Shown here in pieces: positions 1 through 12,175 of a stretch of 36,617 nucleotides of DNA. The position numbers and the translations under genes were made by a program. This DNA comes from Salisapilia sapeloensis CBS 127946. Its lineage: Eukaryota; Protista; Oomycota. Each line of letters starts with the position of its first letter. Position 1 is the first letter of the stretch. The stretch is taken from NCBI GenBank assembly GCA_023334545.1, contig JAADVB010000194.1, forward strand, positions 1 through 36,617, in the 5' to 3' direction. Under the pieces are notes generated by a model. That model searched no databases. It was not told the origin of the DNA and saw nothing but the letters and a program-made list of their open reading frames with translations.

Positions 1-186
1 GGCGTCTTTGAAGGTCGAAAGCCTGCGCTGCTGGACAGTTTGGATCAAGCGTTGGTAACTGCCCCGATGTTCGTCCTGCTGGAAATTTTATTTCCGCTGG
101 GTTATCGTCATGAGATGTACATGCGTATTCGCAAGCAAGTGGATGCGAATGTAAAGGCGTACAAGGCTGTAGGCAAGACGCTCTAA
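1..186 (+). CDS. 3' end of an Mpo1/DUF962-like membrane protein (partial, runs off the left edge)
   Basis: Frame 1 is open from base 1 to TAA at 184-186: GVFEGRKPALLDSLDQALVTAPMFVLLEILFPLGYRHEMY...; the FEGRKPALLD..Q....AP.FV..E motif matches the C-terminus of the DUF962/Mpo1 family. Confidence 0.8.
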   Translation, partial: GVFEGRKPALLDSLDQALVTAPMFVLLEILFPLGYRHEMYMRIRKQVDANVKAYKAVGKTL

Positions 187-1082
187 GCTTCTTTTGTCCA
201 ATGAATGAAACTAATGCATCGATGCATCTTGTTTAACGTTTCAGAAAAATCAAGATGGCGGTAACATGCACGTCAGAGTTTTACAGTGTCCAGAGAAAAA
301 TCAGAACGGACATACGAAAGTCGATCCAGCAGTATTTGCAAGTAGTCAGAATAAATTTTTGTACTCTCCATATAATCAAATATTTGCATCGACATAGACG
401 TTGCCGCCATGGCCAGGCCTTAAGGGAAAAAAGGTGGGAGCGGTAAAAGAATACTCACCAATAAAGATAAAATCAGTGGTGGCAAATCCAAGATAAGAAG
501 CTGGAGTGTGCACGTAGATTCAGACATCTTCCCCCATACCTTCCTCCCTAGGAGAAGGTGAGTTGCCTATAAATACCCTCGGTACCAACCTGAATATCAC
601 GTCGAATCGTCTGTCTTGGCAGCATACACGACCGTCCGTTCAGTCTATCTATCGCATCGAAGGGACACTAAACAACATGTCGAAGCGATATTTAGTCGGT
701 ATAGAAGATTAGACAGGCTCTGTCCGTTTCTGCCGTCATCGATGTGCAGCTTGAACCAGTGTACTCATGTGACAAGCATTTTACATTTAACTAATTTACG
801 TACACGAGGTTGAAAATTCGCCTCCGTTCCGACCAGAAGTTACGTGTACTTGGGGTACAAGACCAGCCGGTATGCGTGTTGATCAAGCATCATGCATTGC
901 AGCCATCGTTTCAGCCATAAACCAAGCTGCCGAGACGAGCCCAGAGCCAGCGACGACTGTTTCATTTCGAAGCGTCGAACGGCTCGTAACGATCAGAAAG
1001 CAGGAAATAGCCACAACTCAATTTGCGTCCGACTGTCCTCTTGCTTGTGCATAAGTCGTTGAGCAAACCTTTGACGGCAAAC

Positions 1083-4000
1083 ATGGAGTTGGAACGGCCG
1101 AATGACGTCCAAATACCACTAAATGACAACACGGAAGAATCGTCGCAGCCAGTCGCGTCTCGCCTTCGAAAGCGGACGACTGCTGGCGAATCCTCACACG
1201 AGCGAGCTGCTCGCATGCGAATCAAGATGGACGAGCAAAAGAAGCGGAATATCCGTGGCTCCATGTTCACACGTAAGCTTCCTGTATACCAGTTGCTACT
1301 ACTCCTCTTACCTTTTGATGTGTTATAGCGGCATTTAAACTCAACTTGGAACTGGCGATTCGAGTCGCCGTGGGTGTCCTCGTTGCGTCTGCAGTCCAAA
1401 CACGCACGAACGAAGACAACGCAGACGGTGAAGATGTCCAGCGATGGGTGCTATTTCCGAAATGGTACTACCTCGGTGGTCTTAGCTACTGCGCTGTAGC
1501 TGTGATCTTCACGACAGACAAGAACATCGGTGCTACGATTCACTGTATGTGCCAAGCCTTCTACGGTGTCGGTTTAGCCTTGATCTACAACATCATCCTG
1601 TTTTCCTTCGTCGACGTCCACTTGTTCGATCCAGAAGCAGGCCAACCGGAGAAACAAGGGTTCTTCCGGATCAACGTGACTTTCGATGGTAATCCATACT
1701 ACGTGAACGCTCACAACTTTTGGACGATCTTGCCATGGATCATGCTCTTCACCATCGCCGTCCTCATCCTACCGCTGGACACGAGCACCAAGAAGTTTTC
1801 TCTCGCAAACAACCTCTACTTTGCTCTGACGATTATCGATCCGACGAATCCGACGAATCCGACGAACAACTATCAATTGAAAACCGAAAAAGACAGCGAT
1901 TTCCAGACAGCGAATACGCTCCACAACCTCGAAATCTACTTTCTCGTCGGCTTCATCGGCACAGTCATATCGATACTCATCATGTTCATTCCGTATCCAA
2001 TCTTTGCTGTGAAACAGCTAAAGAAGGAAATGACTAAAGGTACGGAAGAGGTTCTAGAGATCCTCAACCTTATCGTCGACTCGTACTGCTTCAAGAACAA
2101 GAATGTCGATACGATGAAGTTCCTAAAACTCCAGCTTCAGCGCAAGTTTGACGACGAGAATGCTCGACACCTGCGGATGAAAGACCTCTTGACAGACGTC
2201 TGGTGGGAACAGCTCTTTGGTCTCCACTCATGTCTCAAGTTCAACCTGCCGATGTTGACGCAGTACACCAACCTCCTCGCGTCGCTCCTAAGTGACTTGG
2301 CGCAGCTCAATAGTGCTATGCGATTGGAAAAGTACGGACAGCTACATATTGCGTACATGAAAGTGCTCCAGCGAGACATCTACCAGATTCAGAACCAAGC
2401 TGGCGAAGCGCTGGAAGAGATTCAAGAGGTCGTGGTGACTGCAAAGCGAGAGATGAATATCAAGAAGCTGGAGGAACTCGAGCGACATATGGAACGGACG
2501 TTGCATCGGTATCGTATGACCCAGACGAGACAGTTGCGACAGAAGACTGTGGATAGGAAGGATGTGGAAGGCAACGTTCCGCTCAACCTTTTCCTCTTTT
2601 CTCTCCACTCTTTTTGCAGTTCTCTCAAGGGCTTCGAGACGACGCATAACAGCAAGGTCCATAGCGTCCGAGCTCGTGCGATCAAGTTTATTCGTAAAAC
2701 TGTCTTGGATTTCGTCTCGAGGAAGCACTATGACCAGTTGCGACTGATGAATACGATTAAGGTAGCTGTTGCCATCTTTGCTGGTACCATGCTCAGTATC
2801 TACGTCTACAACTTTAGCAGCACGGCACCTGCGACGGTGGCGTACGTCATGGGCAACCACATCGGAGGCTCTTTTAGCGTCACGGTGAATCGAGTCGGTG
2901 GTGTCGTGGCTGGAAGCGTCGTCCCATCCGTCTTCCAGTTCTTCATCTCGCAAGTATGTGACCATGATTTAAACAACATCCTCACATGCATTGCGCTATT
3001 CGTCTGGGTCGCCATCTCCATGTACGTTCGTTTCTCTGGTGGATACGGATGGTATGCTGGTCTAGTGTCTGCCTTCGTTGCTGCCGGTATCCTACTCAAA
3101 CAGACAGACGTGTGTCTCTCAGTAGATGGGGACTCGTCTCAATCAGTAGATGCGGACGCGTCTGTATCGACTGCCATCGCGAGCTACTCGACGATGGCCC
3201 AGACGTCTATCGGTATCATCCTCTTCATTCTCGTGGAACTGGCATTGATCCCACAGAGTGCGACGTCGCTTTTGCGGAAGAACATCCAAGAGACGATGGA
3301 TATGCTCGAAACGTCTTTTGTTGACTTGTTCAATCATCACGTCGGTGGGAAACATGACATGGACGAGATGAAACTCGCTGACCTGCGACATAAACTCCAG
3401 GTGCTTCTACCAGAGCAACTCGCAGAGCAAAAGCGTTTGCTACAGGAAGCAGACACAGAGCCAGAGTTATGGAAGCGACATTTCTCGTATCAAAAGTATG
3501 AAGAAATCCTCAAGAACTGCCATCGACTGTTGAACCACAACAATCTGCTCTACAAACTCATGCGCTGGTTTTCGTATCGTGTGGCAGATCATAAAGTGTC
3601 ATATCATGACATGGCAGACATTCGAGAGCACGCGCGTGTGTCGAGAGTGAGTCGCATGTCGAATGATGAAGATACGAGAGCGACGTGGGATGTTGCTGCG
3701 ACACAGTTTTTGGACTCGACGATCGATGACTTCAAGACGCTGCGAGAACTCTTTGGCGATAAGTTCCTGTACTCGGATCCGGACCAGACTGCAGTCTTTT
3801 TGCAGATGAAGGAAGCGTTCCGACTTGCGGATAAAGATGGAAGTGGTGAGATTGATAGCGATGAAGTCGCGACGATGCTCGAGAACATCTTCTTCGAGAC
3901 GGGTGCCGTGCGAGAAGAGGAGATTCAAGAGTACGTGAGCAACTTTATGGCGGCCGTGGATGCCGATGGAAGTGGCACTGTGTCGTTTGAAGAGTTTATG

Positions 4001-4591
4001 GACGCACTGCAGAACGGATTGAAGCTTGAAGTCGAAGTCTACCAGCGTCATAAGCGCAAGGCCAAGGCGATCGAATCGGCTGTTCAGGAACGGTCGTCGC
4101 GACCTCTGACGAACAGTCGCGCGACACCGTCCGAGCAGAGTCGCAGTCGTAGTCGATGGACTCGGAAGAGTGTCGATGCGAGTAGCACGCCGGTGAATGG
4201 CGCAAACAGCAACTATGTTGCGGCCAAGACACCGATTGGTAGCTTGGATAACTTTGCGGATGAACGAGTGAGCACGCCTTCGCACCAGGGGCAAGGAAAC
4301 CGAAGGTCGAGAGCGTCTACCGCAAGAGGTAGGGAGTCGAGCTCCACGAGTAACGGTCAGCAGTCACCATCTCCATTCACGAGACGGCATGACGTGTTGG
4401 ATATCGACGATTTCGAACTGACGGACTTGGCTGGCGCGATGAAGACGGCGTACATTGCGTGGCTGATGGATGGCAATCGATTCGAGAAGGTGACAATGGA
4501 AGAGCTGTTGCTCTTCAACTGTTTGATCAGTGGTGCTGAAGGTGTGGCTCATCAGCTTACAGCTTTGGAACAAGCAGTCGTGTCAGATTAG
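1083..4591 (+). CDS. FUSC/ALMT (aromatic acid exporter)-like multi-pass membrane protein with C-terminal EF-hand pair, paralog 1 (~1150 aa)
   Basis: Exons 1083-1272 and 1329-4591, with a 56-nt GTAAGC..TAG intron that joins the frames. Two hydrophobic blocks start ELAIRVAVG and IKVAVAI..AYVMGNHIGGSFSVTVNRVGGVVAG. EF-hand loops are DKDGSGEIDSDE and DADGSGTVSFEE. The FUSC/ALMT family call is from motif resemblance. Confidence 0.8.
1841..1867 (+). repeat. In-frame 9-nt tandem repeat (CCGACGAAY)x3 encoding PTNPTNPTN
   Basis: Direct reading: ccgacgaat ccgacgaat ccgacgaac, within paralog 1. Confidence 0.9.
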
Positions 4592-5209
4592 ATGGAAGGC
4601 CTTGTCGATAGCGTACATCTTTAATTCAGAGCTTGGAGGATGTAACGAGAATAAAAATCTGCATACGAAATGTAGTCTTTTGTATACCAAGATACGAGCT
4701 GTTGAGATTGCTTCGGAGACTAATCGATGGAGAAAGCAAAGTGTTCACAGTGGTTGCTATGTACCAGTCGATAAAGATATCGATTGCGTATGTGGCTCAA
4801 GAGCTTGTACGTAGACGATGAGATGTGATACGCAAATCATTCATGCTGTACTTGGAGCTGATGAAAGATATAAAGCGATAAATCGATCGTAAAGTCAACG
4901 TAGCTCGTATGAATGAGTTCAAATCGAAGGAAGAGTAGTACTGACGTACCGTTTGATTTGCTACAGAGGAAGACATTCCAGATTACCAGAACCAGTCGCT
5001 TACAAAGTTCAAGTGTGACAAGAGCTGATGCGATGAGAAAGACATAGCAGTCGATGGGTGCGTATCGTCCGATTGTAAGACTCATCCAGCAGGATCCTTG
5101 CTCCAGGCGGCTAATTTTCCTGCACAATATCTTTCACTGTCTTGGGAGCTCATCAGGATGGCTGAAGGCACGGAGCAGCAAAGTACGGGCTGGATGGGCA
5201 TGGCTGCCA

Positions 5210-8200
5210 ATGGCATCTCCAGCTCGTATCAGTGGGTCTCGAATGCCGTCACTGGGTACGTTTGTCAAGAACTCGGAAAGCGATGTAGTGTCTAATATCT
5301 TTATGCCTGGCAGTACGTCTAGCAACGATTATGAGCCTTTGAATTCGGACCAAAAGGGTCGGTATGGATCGACGCAGTCGATGGGCTCAAGGAAGGGCTC
5401 GAAAGATAAAGAAATGAACGTCACGATGAAGATCGGCATGGACGACGATAAGAAGCAGGACTACACGAGCGGCCGTATCTTGCGTAAGATACCATTACTG
5501 TTCATAGTAGCCTACTTGATATGCATACTTATCATGCACTAGCTACTTTCTGGTCCAAGATGCAACTGTCCTGTCGTGTTGGCATCGCTGTCATCATTTC
5601 CTCCATCATTCAAATGCGGAACGATCCGTACGGAAATAATCACACGGAAGGCCATGACCAAGAATGGTACTTCTTCCCTAGCTGGTACTACATTGGTGGT
5701 CTTAGCTATTGCGCTGTCGCTATTATCTTTGCCGTCTGTGAGAATTTGGGTGGAACGATCTCTGAAATCTGCCATGCCTTCTTTGGTGTCGGATTCTCTC
5801 TCCTTTACAATGTCTTCCTCTTCCGTGTCCTCGATGTAGAATTATACAACCCAGAGGAAGACAACAAGGATGAAAAGTACTATGAGATCGACCGGACATT
5901 CTCTGGCGTTAGCTACTATGTCAACCAGAGTAACTTCTTCTACGTCCTCCCGTGGCTCATGCTCTTCGTCGTCATCATCGTCGTCCTACCACTCCACACT
6001 AGTACGAAAAAATTCGCTTTAGCCTACGATCTCTTCTTCACGCTGACGGTCATCAATCCAACGGATCCGTTGAATGGAGACCAGCTGAAAGAACAAGGAG
6101 ACTGGTACTTCCAGACCGACAACATTTTGCACAACCTTGAGCTCTATTTTGTCGTTGGTATGGTCGGATGGGCTGCCTCTATCCTTGTCATGATGATCCC
6201 ATATCCGCTCTTTGCTTTTTCCAGCCTTCGTTTCCAGATCGAAGAAGGAGCAGACGAAGTATTAGAAATCCTCAACCTCATCGTCGATACTTACTGCTTT
6301 AAGCACAAGACTGGTGACACGATGAAGTTCCTTGATGCCAAGTTGAAGCGCATGTTCGACAGTGCTACGGCTCGAGAGCAACGTATGAAGCAGTTGGTGG
6401 ATGACTTGTGGTGGGAACAGCTCTTTGGTCTTCAGTTCCTCTTGTCCTTCAATCGCTCCATGCTGCTCAGTTACATTCGTCTCTTGTCTACTCTGCTGTC
6501 CGATTTGCGTCAGCTGAACTTTGCCATGGAACTGGAAAGCTACGACGCTCTTCACGCTGAGTACATGCGTCACTTGCAGAGAGAAGTGCACTTGCTACAG
6601 CGACGAGCGGAGACTGTGTTGGACGAAGTGAGCACGAACATCCACGATAAGGCCAAGAAGTTAGATCTTAAGACGAAACCTGGGTTGGAGCAGCAGATGG
6701 AGAAAACGCTGCAGCGTTTCCATGAAGTCAACGATCGGATTCTACGATCCAAAGACTTGAACAAGGAGGACTTGGAGGACAATCTGGCCATGAACCTCTT
6801 CTTCTTCTCCTTCAACTCGTACTGCGCGTCTCTCATCAGCTTTGAAGAGAAGCACAACGCGGCCGATTACTCTACTGAAGGTCGATTCGAAACGTTCATG
6901 AAGCAAGCACTATACGAGTTTGTTGACATGCAATACTACGACCGCCTCCACATGGTGTCTGCGCTAAAGCTCACTGTCGCCATGTGTGGTGGTATCTTCC
7001 TCGCCGTCTACGTCTTCGACTTTGACAGTACGACGCCTGCCGCAGTAGCCTACGTCATGGGTAACCACATTGGTGGAGCTTTCAGTGTGACAGTAAATCG
7101 AGTGGGTGGTGTCGTGGCTGGATGTGTCATCCCATCCATCCTTCAGTTCTTCATCGCGCAGGTCTGTCACCCTCAGTACTTGAACGACTTGTTGATGAAC
7201 GGCACGCTCTTCTTCTGGGTCACCCTCTCCATGTACGTTCGCTTCTCGAGCGACTACTGGTGGTACGGAGGTCTCGTGTCCGCTTTTGTATCTGCTGGTA
7301 TCCTACTCAAACAGACGGACGTGTGTCTTCCAGGAGGCACTGACAGTGCAGTGAACATCTCCACGTCTTCCTACTCGTCCTTAGCCCAGAACTCTGTTGG
7401 GATCGTCCTCTTCATCTTGATGGAAGCCCTCGTCTTCCCAGAAAGCTCCATGAGTATCCTGCGCAAGAACATCCAGAAGACGCTGACTCTATTGGAAGAA
7501 AGCTTCGACACTTTGTTCCGTTACCATCTAACGCCAGAAGTCGGGATGGATCCTTCCAAGCTAGATGAGGTCCGAGAGAAACTTCGTGTTAAGATCCCAA
7601 AGCTCATCGCAGAGCAAAACGGTCTCATTACACAAGCTGCGGCCGAGCCAACGTTATGGAAAGCTGAGTTTTCAAAACAAAAGTATGACAGTGTCCATGA
7701 TCTATGTCAAGAACTTTTGAACAACAACAACTTGTTGTACAAACTCATGCGCTGGTATAAAAAGCGTTTGGAGCAGAACAAGGTGGATGAAGAGAAGACT
7801 GCGGATATTCGTAAGAATAAGTCGCAGCATACGTGGTTTAATGAGGATGAAGAAGAGGATACGGTTCGACGATGGACGGAGAACAGTGACAAGTTCCTCT
7901 TGTCCGTCCACGATGCGTTCGCGACACTCCACACGGTCTTTAGTGAAGAGTTCTTGTACACGGAGAACGATAAGACGGCTGTCTTCATGCAGATGAAGGA
8001 GGCGTTCCGAATGGCAGATACCAACTGCAGTGGCGAGATCTCGTCGAGTGAAGTGGCCAACATGCTGCAGCAAATCTTCCAGCAGACGGGAGCTGCGAGT
8101 AGCAAGGAAATCTCGAAGCATGTAAAGACGTTCATGATGCTGGTCGACAAGGACGGCAATGGCACCGTGTCCTTTGAAGAGTTCATGGACGCTCTCGAGA

Positions 8201-8646
8201 ATGGCCTGCAAGTGGAAACGCAAGTGTACAAGCGTAATAAACCCAAGGCGTCGAGACTGGCACAAGGAAAGAAGCAGCGTAAGGCTGCAGCCGGGAAGGG
8301 TCCGAAAAGTCAGAGCACGAAAGAAATGAAGGACGATGAGGATGCCACAGCGAAATCACCGTTGAAGAGTTCTAGCACTGGCACTAATCAAAGCTGGTCG
8401 GAACGAAATGACTCGATGCCGGATGTTCCGATGCAGCGTAGCCACGATGTGCTGAATGTGTCAGACTTTTCACTGACTGATGTTGCGGACGATATGCGAT
8501 CTGCATTTGTCGAATGGTTGATGGAAGATCAACGATTTGAGCAAGTGACGATGGAAGAGTTGGTGCTTCTAAACTGTCTCGTCAGTGGTGCGGAAGGTAT
8601 CGCTCGTCAAATGACTGAGTTGCAGGAAGCTGTGTTAGCCATCTAG
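5210..8646 (+). CDS. FUSC/ALMT-like EF-hand membrane protein, paralog 2 (~1100 aa; start at ATG 5210 or 5303)
   Basis: Exon 1 ends at 5483, followed by a 59-nt intron 5484-5542 (GTAAGA..TAG) and exon 5543-8646. It aligns by eye with paralog 1 throughout (YYIGGLSYCAVAII, WWEQLFG, YVMGNHIGG, QMKEAFR, LNCLVSGAEGIA). EF loops are DTNCSGEISSSE (degenerate) and DKDGNGTVSFEE. Confidence 0.8.
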
Positions 8647-8772
8647 GTAGGTGCTTGAGGTGGAATGCAAAACTTTTAGTTTCGATTACTTTTGTTTTTG
8701 CAGTTGGCAAGAGCTATAGATGTAGTTGCGATGTTTAGAACAGCTAAAGCGTTTCTAACATGGACATGAAAT

Positions 8773-9779
8773 ATGGACTCGAATCGTGAAAGCGATATGG
8801 CGAAAGTGGAGGAAGTGGAGTGGACATCAGCGCGATTAGCAGACGAATATAACGTAAAGCCACGGGTTGTGTACGATGCCTGTGCTATGTTTATTGCTAA
8901 TGCAATGCTTGTATCTAAATGCTGTTAATGACACTCGTAGCAATGTGGTCGGTCACGGGCGTCTGCGTTCTACAGTCGATTGCAAGCGATTAGCGTTACT
9001 AGTCCGCAATGCCGACTATACTCCTCGGGTAGATTACCTACTCGAACATTTGGAATACGTTTATACTCATATCATTATTGCATATGTAATTAGAGCTTTG
9101 GTGCTCTCATCCTCCGGTTTCGATCGCCCAAAGCGTCGATCTCTGTCTACAAAAGTGGCAAGGTACTCTACGTACAGCATAGAGCCTCAATAGCATCCTT
9201 AACATATCTTTGTAATGCAGTTCCTCGTCCTAGGTTGCCGACAAGAAAGTGAAGCTCATAGTGCTGTGGACAAATTCCGGTCCATCCTTCAAGTACATTA
9301 GCTCGGACATTTCGACACGCATCTCACCTCCACCCTTACCATTTACCCTCTAGAAAGTAGAATTTGAGAACGAACTAGACTTTTTCTCCATTGCCAACGT
9401 CGTCGTGTCCGTCGACCTCCACTTTAACGTCCGACTGGAAGGACTAGCACGAGACCACATCCGCTTTTGCACCGTACTATACCATCCATACGATCAACCT
9501 TTTCCTCTACTAATACCTTGTCATGAATAGTACGAGCCAGAGCTATTCCCAGGCCTTATCTATCGGATGATGAAACCCAAATGCACATTCCTCATCTTTG
9601 TCTCCGGCAAAATGATACTTACTGGACTACAAGTACTCTCCTTTCCTCTCTTCCTCTTCCATCTTGTTCACTCTCTTTAGAAAACGGAACAAGCAGATGA
9701 AGCTCTATGTGCTCTCTACCCTGCCTTACGCCAATACCGAATGGATCCTCCCATCGACTCTTCTTCCGACGATGAATAA
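8773..9779 (+). CDS. Divergent TATA-binding-protein-like factor (215 aa, 7 exons)
   Basis: Exons 8773-8870, 8941-9028, 9094-9162, 9221-9292, 9354-9473, 9531-9632 and 9681-9779 total 648 nt. All six introns are GT-AG and 48-70 nt. The spliced protein contains both TBP repeats: [30 protein letters not shown] and [47 protein letters not shown]. Confidence 0.9.
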
Positions 9780-9841
9780 CAAGTATGCAATCGTATCCTC
9801 TCAAGTTGTTTTTAAATGTACCTTATTCCCATGAGCTAAAG

Positions 9842-12175
9842 CTAGGCTAAATAGTTGTACATTTGCTGATCCTCCGCGTCTCGTTCAAGGTACTCTCGAT
9901 CAATCAGACTCTCAATCCGGCGCTTGACATCCGTCGCTTTTGCTGGGAAACGCACTTGGTTAAAGATTTCTGCCATCAAGAGCGGATGGGACAGTTTCTT
10001 TCGAGCCTTCATGATCCGAACGATCGCAGCGTCAACTTGATATTGTCGATCACGGAACACTCGTTCGTGCGTATCCTTGGCCTCTTGTGGTGTCTCCCGC
10101 ATCTGGATCGAATTGATCTTAATCCGGTGCAAAGCATTCGTGAACTTGGCGTTGAAGACAAACTCATCGTCATCATTCACATCCTTCCCGCGTGGTTCCT
10201 TCTGCAGCACACGCACTTTGCCACATGCGAGCGATTGGCACGTGCGTTTCAACTCCCCATCCTCGAGTCTCGTTTCTTCTTTCAGTTGTTTCAACGACAC
10301 TCGATCATTCGCGTTAAAGCAGAGCAAAACAATGGTTTGGAAGAGAGACACGAGGAGCTCCTTGCGTCCTGCTTTCGGGAAACGCGCTCGGACGACACAG
10401 TTGGCGAGCGAGTGTTGCCACTGCAACTGTCGTCCTTGATACTTGGACGCGTAGAACTGTTCAAAAATGTCTTTGAGAGGCGTAAGTTCTGTCGGCATGG
10501 TCATTTCTATCGAAGGATACGGAGGCCAGAAGCCTGTCGTAAGCACTTGGACGTGCATGTCTGGTCGTGGCTTCCCGAGTGCCTCCATCTTACTCTGACT
10601 AGCTGCATGTTGCTGAAACTGCGTCATCATGTTGTTTGACACATCAATGTCCTTGAACATACCCTCGAGTTTCATCGTAAAGGAGCTCCCGCACTCAGTC
10701 TTGAGCTTGGCTAGCATGAGTTTCTCCAGATCGAACGACGCACTCTTTCCAACCAAGAGTCGTTTTGCTAAGTCTTTCTTATAAAACGCTTCAAACACGT
10801 CTTTACCTTGGAGGTACCGGAAAATGACCATGACACGATCCAACAACGCTTCCACTTCACTCTCGGATCCGCCTTTATTCCCCTGTCGAAGCTTCCCGTC
10901 GACGAATTTCGCCACAAGCTCAGCAGGACGACTCGCACGTGCATTCACACCATGCTCCATGGCGGATTTAAGTGCAAACGTAAACTCGGCACTCGAGTGG
11001 AACGACTCTTTCAAAACCTTGTCGAGACACTGCTTGAACGCGAGCAAGTTCTCCACTAGGTGCTTCTCCTGCTCGACGTCCTGGACCATGGCAGACACCT
11101 TGGCTTTGATATAGGTCGAGAAGGCTTGCTTCAGGTCATCTCGAGCATCCACTCGGCCGAAAAGAGCGTACATGCGTTGCAAGTCGTCTACCTGTACTTG
11201 ATCCAAGAGGTCCTGAAGACCTCGTTCCAATAGAGTATGCACGTGAGGCTGTAGTAAATGACTTTCAACGGTATGCACAAGACGTTTGTGTGTCGAGTTG
11301 TCTAGATAATGGACCACGCGATCCCCTTCTTCCTGCAGTCGAGACTCGACATGACGTAAGAAGTGTTTCACACTACTTTCCGACACGAGAGAGGCGCCTT
11401 CGGAAGCGTAAAACTGTTCCGATGAAGTTAAAAATGGCGTCTCGAAGCGATTATAGAGCTGCAACGACGTCAGCATACGAAGAACATTGTATAGCGAGCT
11501 GCGATTGACTGTTTCGCCACGTCGCTCACGATCTATTAGCTCTAGGAGAGCACTGAGGAGACGAGATTCGAGGGCTGGACGAGCGACCACTTGGTCTCGT
11601 AGCGAATGCAAGCCCATGTCCCAGATAGATGCCACGTGAGGCGTTTGGACGACGTACGTTCGGTCTAGGTAGAGGAAAATCGTACGGACTGTTAGCATAT
11701 TGTCGCAATGGTCTTGCCAGAGATTGTCAACTGCCGAGAGAAAGACATCTGCGTCAGACCCGGCCGATTCGAGCGTGTCGACACGAGTCTTGATGGTGCT
11801 GGCGCAGACTCCTGTCAGCCGCTCGTACAATCTACATTAGAGTTAGCTACGTTCTTGATGCAATATAACACCTGTCTACCTTGCAGCCATTTTCCATGTA
11901 CACAAGTCTTCTACTGCTCGATAAAGCTCTTCACGAGATAAGGAAGTTGGTTGTTTCGCATTCACGTCGTGTAAGGCAGCTTCGAGCTTTTTCCACGTCT
12001 CGTCTTCAAACGAATCAGGCAGTGTCGGTGCTTTCTTAAAAGGCTTGATAGTCATTTTCTTCTTCGCACCAAGCTTTACGCCGCTACTGAAAGCGTGGCT
12101 TGTGCCTGTCGGACGAGATCCACCTTCACTCTTTGGTCGGATGGACACTCCGCGTGCATTCGTTGGTGGCGCCAT
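9842..12175 (-). CDS. CUL4: Cullin-4 (761 aa)
   Basis: Exons 12175-11880 and 11831-9842, with a 48-nt intron 11832-11879. Motifs include SREELYRAVEDLC, FLYLDRTYV, GKDVFEAFYKKDLAKRLLVGKSAS, KLEGMFKD and the neddylation domain DRQYQVDAAIVRIMKARK..ESLIDREY. The N-terminal KKMTIKPFK..P.LP segment is CUL4-type. Confidence 0.93.

Noticed and set aside
2342-8265. Long minus-strand ORFs (e.g. 2342-2965, 3599-4294, 7702-8265; likewise 19699-20465)
   Set aside because: Antisense shadows of the membrane-protein paralogs; they recur at homologous positions because the sense genes are homologous.
8867-9193. 108-aa track ORF as a standalone gene
   Set aside because: It reads through introns of the TBP-like gene; only the segment 8941-9028 is in the true coding frame.
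9863-10639. 258-aa plus-strand ORF
   Set aside because: Lies entirely antisense to CUL4 and has no recognisable motifs; best explained as a codon-bias shadow ORF.
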